The position numbers and the translations under genes were made by a program. Shown here piece after piece: positions 1 through 10,164 of a stretch of 64,000 bases of DNA. Within the stretch, counting starts at the first letter, position 1, and the number at the start of each line of letters is the position of its first letter. The notes beneath the pieces are model-generated. The model did no database searches. It was not told the origin of the DNA and saw only the letters and a list, made by a program, of their open reading frames with translations. This stretch comes from Bacillota bacterium (lineage in GTDB: Bacteria > Bacillota > JAAYKD01): the NCBI GenBank assembly GCA_963666425.2, contig OY762825.2:2272001-2336000 (forward strand). The letters are read 5' to 3'.

Positions 1-2
1 AA

Positions 3-329
3 GCCCGCTTTCAATACTTGAAGGGGTGTTACGACCTGACGCGCAATGATGTCAACGAAGCGCTGCCTGCCTGGCAGAAAGCTTACGCGCTCAATCCGGA
101 GATTTTTGTGACCTATGCGACTCAAGTGCAGCTTCTGCTGACGGATGAGAAATACGAACACTTAATTGCCGCCGCCGGGGCGGACGATCGCGCTATGCTG
201 CAAAAATTACAGGATGTGAAAAGCGGTCAGGCGGTCAAGCAGGTTTTGGAGCAAGCCAAGCGACAGGCAACGGTGCAGCAGGAAGAAAAAAAGAGCCTGA
301 TGCAAAAAGTAAAGAATTTATTTAAGTAG
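3..329 (+). CDS. C-terminal part of a TPR-like helical protein (5'-truncated by the window edge)
   Basis: Frame is open from position 3 (ARFQYLKGC...EALPAWQKAYALNP, a TPR-like helix pair); TAG stop at 329. Confidence 0.5.
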   Translation, partial: ARFQYLKGCYDLTRNDVNEALPAWQKAYALNPEIFVTYATQVQLLLTDEKYEHLIAAAGADDRAMLQKLQDVKSGQAVKQVLEQAKRQATVQQEEKKSLMQKVKNLFK

Positions 330-340
330 GCGGACAGAGC

Positions 341-2500
341 ATGGATTTAATCAGACAAATAGCCAGAGAAAGCAAATTGCCGGAAAAATATCTGAATGCC
401 GCGCTGCAGTTGCTGGATGAAGGCAATACCGTTCCCTTTATTTCCCGTTACCGTAAAGAAGTAACCGGTGAAATGGACGAAAATCAGCTGCGCTTCTTAG
501 AAGAACGCATCGCTTATCTGCGAAATTTGGAAAAGCGCAAACAAGATGTGCTGGCCAGTATTGAGGAACAGGGAAAATTAACCGCCGAGCTGAGTGACAA
601 AATCACCCAGGCTGCCATTCTGCAGGAAGTGGAAGATCTTTATCTGCCTTACCGTCCCAAACGCCGGACTCGAGCCAGTATGGCCAAAGAAAAAGGCTTG
701 GAACCGCTGGCAATCTTATGCCTGCAGCAGTTTTTTACAACGGAAGCATTACAAAAAACAGCGGCAGGATTTATCACCGAGGACGGTTCCGTACAGGATG
801 TGGCTGCAGCGCTGGCAGGTGCGCAGGACATTCTGGCGGAGAAAATTGCCGAGGATGCCGAACTGCGTACCTGGGTACGGAATTACAGCTTTAATCAGGC
901 AATTCTGAAATCGCAAGCCGTTGCTGCGGAAAAGATCAGCGACTTCAGTGATTATTATGAGTATGAAGAACCGGTTTTACGCCTGCCGCCGCATCGTGTT
1001 CTGGCCTTGAACCGCGGAGAAACAGAAGGCTTTTTAAAGCTGAAACTGCTGACGCCCAGAGAACAGATTCTCAATCGGCTGCAGCTGGCTTATCAGGCGC
1101 CAAGTGGTTCTGCTGCAGCGGAGTTGGTGGCAGCTGCCGCAGCGGATGGCTATGATCGCTTGATGACCCCTTCCATCGAACGGGATATTCGTACTGCGCT
1201 CAGCGAAAAAGCAGAAATCCATGCCATTGAGAGTTTTGCAGAAAATGTGCGCAACTTATTGCTGCAGCCGCCTGTGCGCAATCGGGTCGTCATGGGAGTG
1301 GACCCGGCGTTTCGCACGGGATGCAAATTGGCAGTTGTCGATGGCACCGGAAAATTGCTGGATTTGGCTGTGATCTATCCAACGCCGCCACACCGCGAAA
1401 CAGAGCAATCCGCTGTCAAAATGACAGCGCTGATCGAAAAACACCAAGTCGATTGCCTGGCCATTGGCAATGGCACTGCTTCCCGCGAAACTGAAACTTT
1501 CGTGGCGGAGACATTGAAAAAAATCCCGCGCTCTGTTTTTTATACCATCGTCAACGAAGCGGGGGCTTCGGTCTATTCCGCATCGAAATTGGCAGGCGAA
1601 GAGTTCCCTGCTTTGGATGTCTCGGAGCGCAGTGCAATTTCAATTGCCCGTCGTTTACAGGACCCTTTGGCGGAATTGGTGAAAATCGATCCGAAGAGCA
1701 TTGGGGTTGGTCTATATCAGCATGATGTCAATCAAAAACAATTGGGTAAAAAGCTGGATATGGTAGTGGAAAGTGTTGTCAATCATGTGGGAGTCGATTT
1801 GAATACCGCCTCACCCTCACTGCTGCAATATGTTTCCGGTTTGAAGGCGAATGTCGCTAAAAATATCGTTGCTTATCGGGAAGAAAACCAGCGCTTCAAG
1901 AAGCGAGCGGAATTGAAAAAGGTCGCGGGTTTGGGTGCACAAAGTTTTGTGCAGGCTGCCGGTTTCCTGCGGATAACGGACGGTGACGAACCGTTTGACA
2001 ATACTCCAATTCATCCGGAGAGTTATCCTGCCGTGAAAAATTTATTGGCGATGTTAAAAATCCATTGGAACAAGGCGGGAATTACGGAATTTACGGCCAT
2101 CCAGAAAACGCTGACCGATCAGGATATCGAACAATTAGCAGCGGCTTTACAGATCGGTATTCCTACTCTGCGTGATATTTTGGAAGCACTGGCTCGTCCC
2201 GGCCGGGATCCCCGAGATGATTTGCCGCCTGTCGTATTTTCCCGCGATGTGCTGAATATGGAAGATGTGAAGATTGGCATGATCCTGCAGGGTATTGTTC
2301 GTAATGTGGTTGATTTTGGCTGTTTTGTGGATATTGGAGTGCATCAGGACGGCTTAGTGCATGTATCGGAAATTTCCTATAGCAGGATCAGTCATCCATC
2401 CAATGCGGTGAAAGTAGGCGATCACGTTCAGGTAATGGTAATCTCGTTGGATAAGCAACGAAATCGGATCGGATTGAGCATGAAGCAGGCAAAAAAATAA
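341..2500 (+). CDS. tex: Tex family RNA-binding transcriptional accessory protein
   Basis: GNTVPFISRYRKEVTG N-terminus, YqgF-like GVDPAFRTGCK, HhH repeats, C-terminal S1 domain (NVVDFGCFVDIGVHQDGLVHVSEIS). Confidence 0.97.
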   Translation: MDLIRQIARESKLPEKYLNAALQLLDEGNTVPFISRYRKEVTGEMDENQLRFLEERIAYLRNLEKRKQDVLASIEEQGKLTAELSDKITQAAILQEVEDLYLPYRPKRRTRASMAKEKGLEPLAILCLQQFFTTEALQKTAAGFITEDGSVQDVAAALAGAQDILAEKIAEDAELRTWVRNYSFNQAILKSQAVAAEKISDFSDYYEYEEPVLRLPPHRVLALNRGETEGFLKLKLLTPREQILNRLQLAYQAPSGSAAAELVAAAAADGYDRLMTPSIERDIRTALSEKAEIHAIESFAENVRNLLLQPPVRNRVVMGVDPAFRTGCKLAVVDGTGKLLDLAVIYPTPPHRETEQSAVKMTALIEKHQVDCLAIGNGTASRETETFVAETLKKIPRSVFYTIVNEAGASVYSASKLAGEEFPALDVSERSAISIARRLQDPLAELVKIDPKSIGVGLYQHDVNQKQLGKKLDMVVESVVNHVGVDLNTASPSLLQYVSGLKANVAKNIVAYREENQRFKKRAELKKVAGLGAQSFVQAAGFLRITDGDEPFDNTPIHPESYPAVKNLLAMLKIHWNKAGITEFTAIQKTLTDQDIEQLAAALQIGIPTLRDILEALARPGRDPRDDLPPVVFSRDVLNMEDVKIGMILQGIVRNVVDFGCFVDIGVHQDGLVHVSEISYSRISHPSNAVKVGDHVQVMVISLDKQRNRIGLSMKQAKK

Positions 2501-2515
2501 GCAGAAGGTGATAAT

Positions 2516-3187
2516 TTGGCAAAACGCAAAAAGAAAGATGCGGCTGAAAATTCAAAGCAGACAAGTGCAGCGGCCGGCAAAAAGGGACAGATCCGTGATG
2601 AAAAAGGAAAAATCGGCTGGACAGAAGTACCCGGCGAAATATTACTGGACTGGAAAGGCCGACCTTGGCGGGCTCGACCTAAAAAGTTAACCGTTCTGAC
2701 GCTTTTTTATGTTTTTCTCTTCCTGCTGGCAATTAAAGTACTCCCAGAATTCGGGATTTTTCTGGCTGTCATTCCTTTGGTTCTGCTGGGGAATTCTTCA
2801 TCCCATCTGGTGAACAGCTATTATGTGGTAACAACCGAAGGTGTCTATTGGAAAAATTTTGCGAACCAAATGTTTAAACCCTGGATCGCGATCGAAGGCT
2901 TTATTTTTGAAGATGAAATGGCAGAATTATTTTTTGAACGCGGTAATATCCGGGCACGCATTCAGCGCAGCATGCCGGTCTATTATGATCAGAACAGAGA
3001 AGAAGTGGAACGCGTGATTCGGGAATATCACGGCGCTGTTTGGAAGCAAATCCGGGAGCGCGTGGAGAGCGAGGATGCTCGGATCAGGGAAGAAGTGGTT
3101 GCGAAACTTGAGGGGAAGACAGAAGAAGAAACCGTAGAAAAAACCGTAGAAAAATCGGATGAGAAAGGAGTGGAGACGAATGAGTAA
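2516..3187 (+). CDS. Hypothetical membrane protein (2 TM helices plus PH-like domain)
   Basis: TTG start after AAGGTG RBS; hydrophobic stretch followed by YVVTTEGVYW...PWIAIEGF, a bPH-like pattern. Confidence 0.6.
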   Translation: MAKRKKKDAAENSKQTSAAAGKKGQIRDEKGKIGWTEVPGEILLDWKGRPWRARPKKLTVLTLFYVFLFLLAIKVLPEFGIFLAVIPLVLLGNSSSHLVNSYYVVTTEGVYWKNFANQMFKPWIAIEGFIFEDEMAELFFERGNIRARIQRSMPVYYDQNREEVERVIREYHGAVWKQIRERVESEDARIREEVVAKLEGKTEEETVEKTVEKSDEKGVETNE

Positions 3188-3593
3188 AAATAATGACGAG
3201 AAAATTCCTGCCAGCCCCAATCCGATTTTAGAACCGGATTACTACGAACTGGATCCTACCCGCCGCGATTTTATCGTAGACTATATGGCCAAAAAAATTG
3301 ATAAATACCAAATGGCGACGCCGGCTATCATATTTTTGGAAGCCGGGCGTCCGGTAAGTTTTATCGGCGGTTCTCTTGTTTGGGGCGCAGCTCCGTTTTT
3401 GAATATCTTTGTCAATGATCAATATGTTCGCGAAATTGCGCTCTTTCTCGAAGACAGAAAGAACATCGAACTGCTGATTGAGAAAATTGAAAGCATGGAA
3501 TATGAACGTGTCGCACGCGAGAAAATTGAAAAACAGGAAGCAAAGAAACGCGCGATTGCGGAAGGCAGAAAACCCTGGTGGAAGTTCTGGTGA
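3180..3593 (+). CDS. Conserved hypothetical protein (PAIIFLEAGRPVSFIGG motif)
   Basis: AAGGAG RBS before ATG 3180; overlaps the upstream stop. Confidence 0.65.
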   Translation: MSKNNDEKIPASPNPILEPDYYELDPTRRDFIVDYMAKKIDKYQMATPAIIFLEAGRPVSFIGGSLVWGAAPFLNIFVNDQYVREIALFLEDRKNIELLIEKIESMEYERVAREKIEKQEAKKRAIAEGRKPWWKFW

Positions 3594-3787
3594 TTGATGC
3601 AGTCGTAAAAGCTCGAAATTGACTAGCAAAGCGTGTGTAAATTGATACTATTAGTTTCTTTTTCAACATGGAAGGGTTTTATCTCATAAAAAGCGAAAAG
3701 AGTTTGGTATTTAACGGCAGCTTGTTTCATTTTCGTAGTCCTACGGAAAAGTCAAGTGTGCCATTAAGGTAAGAAGGAGGAACGTTC

Positions 3788-5662
3788 ATGGCTCATGAAG
3801 TGAAGCGAGAAGCAATAACTCGCGAGATCAATTCCATTATTGCCACGGACTGCGGATCGACAACAACAAAGGCAATCTTGATTGAAAAGGTTGACGGCGC
3901 GTATCGTTTGATCAATCGTGGTGAATCCCCTACAACCGTCGAGGCACCTTTCGAAGATGTTACCGCAGGTGTCCGCAATGCAGTTCATGAATTGGAAGAA
4001 CTGGTAGGCCGTATATTTTTAGGCCCTGACGGTGTTGTTACACCCAGACAAGCAGACGGCACAGGTGTTGACATTTATTTGTCTACTTCTTCCGCCGGTG
4101 GTGGTTTGCAGATGATGGTTGCCGGTGTTGTAAAATCAATGACCGCTGAATCTGCCCAACGTGCTGCTCTAGGCGCCGGTGCTATTGTTATGGATGTCAT
4201 TTCCATTGATGATGGCCGCAAAGCCTATGAGAAAATCCAACGAATTCGTCAATTGCGTCCGGATATGATTCTTTTATCCGGTGGTATTGACGGAGGCACC
4301 ATTACGCACGTTGTTGAAATCGCCGAGTTGATTTCTGCTGCAGAACCGAAACCGCGTCTTGGTATTGGCTTTAAACTTCCGATTATTTACGCCGGCAACA
4401 AAGAAGCCCGTAAGTACATTACCGACATCCTGGAAAAGAAAGTTGACTTACGTATTGTAGACAACCTTCGTCCTGTTCTGGAATCGGAAAACCTTGGACC
4501 GGCGCGTGAAGAAATTCATAACCTGTTCATGGAGCATGTTATGGCTCAGGCTCCTGGCTATAATAAATTAATGCAATGGACCGAAGTGCCGATCATGCCG
4601 ACGCCTGGTGCAGTTGGTAAAATCATTCAAACATGCGCAGCTGAGTACAATATCCATATCATTGGTGTGGATATCGGCGGTGCTACTACCGACGTTTTCT
4701 CCGTCTTCGGCGATGATCATGAGTTCTTCAATCGTACCGTTTCTGCCAACCTTGGTATGAGCTATTCCATTTGCAACGTTTTGTTGGAAGCAGGCGTAGA
4801 CAATATCATGCGTTGGGTTCCTTTCGATATCGATGAAGCCGATCTTCGCAACCGTATCCGTAATAAAATGATTCGTCCTACCACCATCCCGCAGACTTTG
4901 GATGAACTGGTAATTGAACAGGCAGTTTCCCGTGAAGCATTGCGCCTTTCCTTTATCCATCATAAATCCTTAGCCACCGGTCTGAAGGGCGTTCAAAAAG
5001 TGCGTGATATTTCCGAAGCTTTTGATACTTCCTCTTCCAGTGATACCGTTATCAATCTGATGGACCTTGGTATGATCGTCGGTTCCGGCGGCGTTTTATC
5101 GCATGCTCCCCGCCGTCAACAGACAGCTTTGATGATGCTTGACTCCTTCCAATTAGAAGGCTTCACCGAGTTAACCGTTGACTCCATCTTCATGACTCCG
5201 CAATTAGGCGTTTTATCCGAAGTGCTTCCGAAGGCTGCTGCCGAAGTATTCGATCGTGACTGCTTGATCTTCTTAGGTACCGCTATCTGCCCGGTAGGCA
5301 ATGCGCAAAAAGACGGCGAAAAATGCGTCACCGTCAAAGCGACCATGCCGAATGGCGAAGTGATCACCAAAGAAGTAGCATATGGTTCTTTGGCTACCAT
5401 CCCATTGGGAGAAACAGAATATGCCGAAGTGGAAGTAACTCCTTCCAGCAATTTCGATATGGGCAACGGTAAAGGCAGAGCCATCAATAAAAAAGTGCGC
5501 GGCGGTGTAGCCGGTGGTATCATCATTGATGCCCGCGGTCGTCGTCCTTTCAGTTTACCGACCGACAAGAGCGCTCGTATCGCGAAATTGTTTGAATGGT
5601 TCAAAGCTCTGGACATCTATTCCATGGATGTTCTGGAACGCTATATGAAGACATCGAAGTAA
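3788..5662 (+). CDS. GlmL/MutL-family (glutamate mutase L-like) ASKHA ATPase, long form
   Basis: Phosphate-1 motif TDCGSTTTKA, TSSAGGGL, SGGIDGG, phosphate-2 motif VDIGGATTDVFS, RTVSANLGMSYS, VGSGGVL; AAGGAGG RBS. Confidence 0.85.
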   Translation: MAHEVKREAITREINSIIATDCGSTTTKAILIEKVDGAYRLINRGESPTTVEAPFEDVTAGVRNAVHELEELVGRIFLGPDGVVTPRQADGTGVDIYLSTSSAGGGLQMMVAGVVKSMTAESAQRAALGAGAIVMDVISIDDGRKAYEKIQRIRQLRPDMILLSGGIDGGTITHVVEIAELISAAEPKPRLGIGFKLPIIYAGNKEARKYITDILEKKVDLRIVDNLRPVLESENLGPAREEIHNLFMEHVMAQAPGYNKLMQWTEVPIMPTPGAVGKIIQTCAAEYNIHIIGVDIGGATTDVFSVFGDDHEFFNRTVSANLGMSYSICNVLLEAGVDNIMRWVPFDIDEADLRNRIRNKMIRPTTIPQTLDELVIEQAVSREALRLSFIHHKSLATGLKGVQKVRDISEAFDTSSSSDTVINLMDLGMIVGSGGVLSHAPRRQQTALMMLDSFQLEGFTELTVDSIFMTPQLGVLSEVLPKAAAEVFDRDCLIFLGTAICPVGNAQKDGEKCVTVKATMPNGEVITKEVAYGSLATIPLGETEYAEVEVTPSSNFDMGNGKGRAINKKVRGGVAGGIIIDARGRRPFSLPTDKSARIAKLFEWFKALDIYSMDVLERYMKTSK

Positions 5663-5693
5663 TTCAAATTGTGTATGAAAGGAGCGGCAATCA

Positions 5694-6815
5694 ATGGCTA
5701 ATGCTTATACCCCAGGACTTAAGGTAACGGCTGCCTCTATAATTTCCAAGAAGCGTCGTTTGCCTATTTTAGGCGAAGTGCTGGTACAAAAAGGTTCCAA
5801 AGTGAGCCCAGAGACCCCTGTAGCCAAAGCATATATTCCCGGCAATCCCCAATCGATAAACGTTGCGAATATCCTCGGCTGCGAAGCGGAAGATATTGAA
5901 GGTTACATGAAAAAAAAGGCGGGAGACACCATCGCAAAAGATGAAGTTCTTGCCTCTTCAAAAACATTCTTTGGTCTGTTCAAGACCGAATGCAAGTCTC
6001 CTGTTGCCGGCACAGTAGAACATGTATCAGAAGTTACCGGTCAGGTTATTATTCGTGAACCGGCAATGCCGATTGTGATCAATGCCTATGTCACTGGTAC
6101 CGTTACCGAGATTATCGACCGTGAAGGCGTTACCGTAGAAACCAAAGGTGCCTTTATTCAAGGTATTTTCGGTGTTGGCGGCGAGCGTGAAGGCGTTCTG
6201 AAAATGATCAGCCAGAATCACGATGAAGTCCTTGACGGACCTGCGATTACTGCGGATTGCAAGGATAAAATTATCGTCGGTGGTTCCTTGATGACTGCGG
6301 CTGCAATCAAAAAAGCAGCTTCTGTCGGTGCCCGTGGTATTGTAGCCGGCGGTATCATCGATAAAGATTTGGTGGACTTCCTTGGCTTCGATATTGGTGT
6401 TGCCATTACCGGCCATGAAGATATTCCTCTTACCTTAATCGTCACCGAAGGCTTTGGTAAAATCCCGATGGCCAACAAGACATTTGATCTTCTAAAATCA
6501 CTGGAGGGCATGACTGCTTCCATCAATGGCGCCACGCAAATTCGTGCCGGCGTTATGCGTCCGGAAATCATTGTTCCCAACGAAACGGCTGTGGTTCGCG
6601 AATCCACCATCGACTTGGAAGGTAATTTGGATTCCGGCACGGTTGTTCGCTGTATCCGTGAACCATATTTCGGTCAATTGGCCGAAATCGTGGATTTGCC
6701 GCCGGAATTGGTTGTCATTGAAACCGGCGCCAAAGTACGTATTATGCATGTGAAATTGCGCAATGGCGAAGTCGTTGTTGTTCCGCGTGCCAACGTCGAG
6801 TTAATTGAAGAGTAA
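5694..6815 (+). CDS. Conserved hypothetical partner of the GlmL-like ATPase (barrel-sandwich hybrid motifs, C-terminal KOW-like domain)
   Basis: GEVLVQKGSKV and SPVAGTVEHV hybrid motifs; C-terminal GTVVRCIREPYFGQLAEIV...VPRANVELI; AAGGAG RBS. Confidence 0.7.
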   Translation: MANAYTPGLKVTAASIISKKRRLPILGEVLVQKGSKVSPETPVAKAYIPGNPQSINVANILGCEAEDIEGYMKKKAGDTIAKDEVLASSKTFFGLFKTECKSPVAGTVEHVSEVTGQVIIREPAMPIVINAYVTGTVTEIIDREGVTVETKGAFIQGIFGVGGEREGVLKMISQNHDEVLDGPAITADCKDKIIVGGSLMTAAAIKKAASVGARGIVAGGIIDKDLVDFLGFDIGVAITGHEDIPLTLIVTEGFGKIPMANKTFDLLKSLEGMTASINGATQIRAGVMRPEIIVPNETAVVRESTIDLEGNLDSGTVVRCIREPYFGQLAEIVDLPPELVVIETGAKVRIMHVKLRNGEVVVVPRANVELIEE

Positions 6816-6824
6816 TTGAACATT

Positions 6825-6858
6825 AAAAAACCTCACTATTTCGGTAGTGGGGTTTTTT
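6825..6858. terminator. Intrinsic terminator, bidirectional
   Basis: AAAAAA-CCTCACTA..TAGTGGGG-TTTTTT. Confidence 0.85.
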
Positions 6859-6950
6859 GCGTGTACAGACGTGAAAATACCGGCTTTTTCAGCTGAACAA
6901 AATGATATAGCTGATCGATAGAACAAAAATAGAGGTAATGAAAAGGGGAT

Positions 6951-7787
6951 TCATTTTCCTTTTAGCTCTATCAATTTCAAATCTGTCTCAATTTGCTGAA
7001 TGCTTTTCTCCGGAGTGGAAAGATTTTCTGGCATAGTACCGCCAATATCCTTGATTGCTTTCCGAACTTTCTTACCAACTTCGAAGTGTGTTTTATTAGC
7101 AGCTGTTTTATCGGTAATTCCATCCTTGTTTAATTTTTCTTCGGTTTGTGTTGCACGGAAAAGATTCGCTGCAAGCTCGGTGCTGCCCATATGATCCAGT
7201 ATTTTTTGACTTGATTTCAACCCTTTATTTTTATGAATTTCCTTAACACCAAGACCACCGTATAAACCCTGATAACCCTTGTTTTGGAATATGGCATAAT
7301 CCTGAGGTGTTGCAACTACTGCGGTTTTTGCGATTTCAGCTAGGGCTTTGTTATGTGAGATCATTTCATTGCGGATGGCCAAGCGTTTTTGATTCTCGGA
7401 AAGTTGATCATAATTGTCAATCAGTTCTTGTTGCCTGGTTTTTACGGCAAAATAGGTTTGACCAAGTGCAATGACGTCTTTGCGTGGATTACCGTTTTGG
7501 ACAATGAGATAGCAAGCATAGCGGGAAAGCATATAATCGTTGATCGGTTTAGGAGCAACACCTGCAGCAACCATTTTGCTGACCTTAGCAAAATGGGCAG
7601 AAACGATATTTTTACTCTTCTCACAAGCGGTTTTGGCTTTTTCAATAACTAATTCGAAATTACGCCATTGTGAATATTCTAAAATTGGTTGCAGTTCTCT
7701 GGCTGACCAATATTCATTACCTCCCTCTGTATAATGCTTTATGCTCTCAAAAATCTCTTCGGAATAGTTTTGTATCGGTCCCATCAA
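6951..7787 (-). CDS. dinD: DNA-damage-inducible protein D (Bro-N domain)
   Basis: EYWSARELQPILEYSQWRNF, LSRYACYLIVQNG, QTYFAVKTRQQE, ILDHMGSTELAANLFRATQ. Confidence 0.92.
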   Translation of the reverse strand: MMGPIQNYSEEIFESIKHYTEGGNEYWSARELQPILEYSQWRNFELVIEKAKTACEKSKNIVSAHFAKVSKMVAAGVAPKPINDYMLSRYACYLIVQNGNPRKDVIALGQTYFAVKTRQQELIDNYDQLSENQKRLAIRNEMISHNKALAEIAKTAVVATPQDYAIFQNKGYQGLYGGLGVKEIHKNKGLKSSQKILDHMGSTELAANLFRATQTEEKLNKDGITDKTAANKTHFEVGKKVRKAIKDIGGTMPENLSTPEKSIQQIETDLKLIELKGK

Positions 7788-7913
7788 ATCGTTTCCTCCC
7801 TATTACTACCGGTTGATTATTTGTATCAAGTGAGTTGATCTTGTTCTACGTAGCTAAATTAATAGGAGTAAAGCAAGGATTATTCATAATTTCCTCTTCA
7901 TCTGAGTAATCTT

Positions 7914-8087
7914 TTACTTCATACCAAATAAGTGCAGAAAAAAATTACCTACCTTTTTTTCACGTCCGGACTTAGTCAGCGGTATTCCTATTGCTCGGGA
8001 GATCTTGCGTTTTGCAGAACTTATGCCTAACGCTCGTTTGATAGAAAATGATACGCCGGGAATCTTAAAAAAAGACTTTCTTGCCAT
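7914..8087 (-). CDS. Small basic hypothetical protein, 57 aa (not in the ORF track)
   Basis: MARKSFFKIPGVSFSIKRALGISSAKRKISRAIGIPLTKSGREKKVGNFFLHLFGMK; AAGGGGG RBS. Confidence 0.7.
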   Translation of the reverse strand: MARKSFFKIPGVSFSIKRALGISSAKRKISRAIGIPLTKSGREKKVGNFFLHLFGMK

Positions 8088-8114
8088 GATTATTCCCCCT
8101 TGTTTTTGTTTAGC

Positions 8115-8616
8115 TCATTCAACTCGTTCATTAAAGATGATCAAAGCAGACAATAAAATATAACCGAAGGCCAAAGTAGCTACTGCGATAAGTGGATCCT
8201 TTTGTTTACGAAGTACATTGATTATTAGTGTAACGCTTTTTGAATAGCGCAATAATTTGAAAACACGAAACACACGCATTGTTCGCAACAGGCGTAAAAT
8301 CTTAAGAATACGAAAACCGCTGCTCAATGCCGTAACTGAAGGTAAAATACAAAGAAGGTCAACGATGGCCATTGGAGTCAGCGGATATTTAACAAAGGGG
8401 AAAATTCCTTGCTTGTTCATTGCGTAATCAGCCGTAATCCACCTCATCAGATAATCAGCGATAAATATCACAAGGGCAATGTGGTCTATCCAAATAAACA
8501 GGGGTAGTTGCGTATCTTTAAAAGCCAACGGAACCAAACTTACTACAATGACAAACATCATCGTGAAGTCATAAATTTTATCGGTCAACCCATCGCCGAA
8601 TGTGCTTTCTTCTCAT
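8115..8616 (-). pseudogene. Truncated ion-transport (voltage-gated K+ channel-like) gene
   Basis: S1-S5 helices with an S4-like RILKILRLLRTMRVFRVFK; stops at IIFNERVE before any TVGYG pore; likely original ATG (MRRK, 8616) is out of frame. Confidence 0.75.
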
Positions 8617-8877
8617 GCTTTTGAACCGAGATCACGTTTTTATTGACTGCTTTGTAAAGTTAATATTGTATTAAAAAGTAAAAAAAAAAAATCCCTGCCA
8701 GCACCCTATGTTGGGTTACCGGCAGGAGGAAAAAAGAGGCTGTTTATAACGAAAGAATCAACGCGAGCAGCTGATCATTTCACCCTGCAAAAGGAAAGCG
8801 ACGGAGGGTGAAATGGCAGATAATCAGGCTGCCGGATTCTTGTGAATGACGAACAAAAAAGCGCCAACCTTTTGGTA

Positions 8878-9945
8878 TTAAGTAATATAGCTGCTGATGA
8901 TTGGGATACGCCGCAGCAGCCAGGTGATGAGGAAGCTGCAAACAAACACGAGGAGCGCAAAAAGAGGAATGGTGGTAAACGGATTGCTGAGATAAGCGTA
9001 GATATTCATTTGTATAAAGAAAGCAAGGATAAATGGATGCACGAGATACATGCCAAAGCTGCAGGAAGAGAGCACAGAAATGATCTGAAGCAGTTTTGGC
9101 GAGTAATTGCGGTTCGAAAATATAGATTGAAAGAAAACGAAAACAGCAATACTTTGCAGAACGACGGTTGGCGAATTATACTGGTAGAATGTCATATCAC
9201 CGAAACCGGTTTGTTCGGAAAGGCATTGGGTCAAGAGGAAAGTAGCCAGGAAGCCGAGTACTCCCAACGCATAGAGGAATAGACGCTTCTGATGGTTGAT
9301 CGCATACTGAGCGAGATAATGGCCGGCCACAAAATAGCCTACATTGCCTAGCACGAATTTAAAATCCGCATACGAGAGGATAATATTGAAGGTTGATTTG
9401 AGCAGTGGGCTGCTGCGCAGGACGATGAGCGGCACAACGGAAGCGAAGATAAAACAGAGCAAGAGAAAATATTGTGTGCTGGTTTGATCATGCAGCACGA
9501 TTTTACGTAAAAACGGTGTGATAGCGTATAAGCCGGCAATCATATACAAAAACCACAGGTGATAATGACCGGTCAGGAAGGATATGATTGCTTGCTTTTG
9601 CATGCTCCAATCAATGGGTAAGTGATTGCTCCATTGCAGAAATAAAGGAGCAACCGCATAGGCAGCAGACCAAAAGAGAAAAGCAACCGCAACCCGCAGA
9701 ATATATTTCAGGTAGATTTTGCGATAGCTCAAATTTCTTTCGGGATCCAAGAAAAACATGCCGCTGACCATGATAAAAATAGGCACACAGAAACGCACCG
9801 CGCTGTTATAAAGGTTCATGACATGCCATTCGGTAGAGAATACACTTGCCGTATCCCAGTGACCGGCAGCGATATGGAGCAGCATGACTGCAAAGGTGGC
9901 TGTAATCCGAAGCAGATCCGCAAAAATAACACGTTCTTGTTTCAT
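8878..9945 (-). CDS. Acyltransferase family 3 (WecH/OafA-like) membrane O-acyltransferase
   Basis: DLLRITATFAVMLLH, RFCVPIFIMVSG, YHLWFLY, SFGMYLVHP. Confidence 0.9.
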   Translation of the reverse strand: MKQERVIFADLLRITATFAVMLLHIAAGHWDTASVFSTEWHVMNLYNSAVRFCVPIFIMVSGMFFLDPERNLSYRKIYLKYILRVAVAFLFWSAAYAVAPLFLQWSNHLPIDWSMQKQAIISFLTGHYHLWFLYMIAGLYAITPFLRKIVLHDQTSTQYFLLLCFIFASVVPLIVLRSSPLLKSTFNIILSYADFKFVLGNVGYFVAGHYLAQYAINHQKRLFLYALGVLGFLATFLLTQCLSEQTGFGDMTFYQYNSPTVVLQSIAVFVFFQSIFSNRNYSPKLLQIISVLSSCSFGMYLVHPFILAFFIQMNIYAYLSNPFTTIPLFALLVFVCSFLITWLLRRIPIISSYIT

Positions 9946-10164
9946 TTTTTCTCCTAACAGATAAAGTGTTCGGAATGAGTAGAAATTGGATGCTGATTCA
10001 TTATAAGAGAAGATGCTTGCTCTGTCAATCGCGAGAGCCTTCTCTGCTTTTTACGATAAAAACAGCGGTTGCCGGATCGGAAAGGATTTCCTGCTTTGTT
10101 CTGCGAATCAAAGAGACAAACCGTTGCGGCCACTGGTATAGGATTTCGAGAAGGAGGGATCAGT

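Noticed and set aside
3788-5662. DNA mismatch repair MutL, or a functional glutamate mutase
   Set aside because: The fold is ASKHA, not GHKL, so only the name is shared; no B12-binding or catalytic mutase subunit is present
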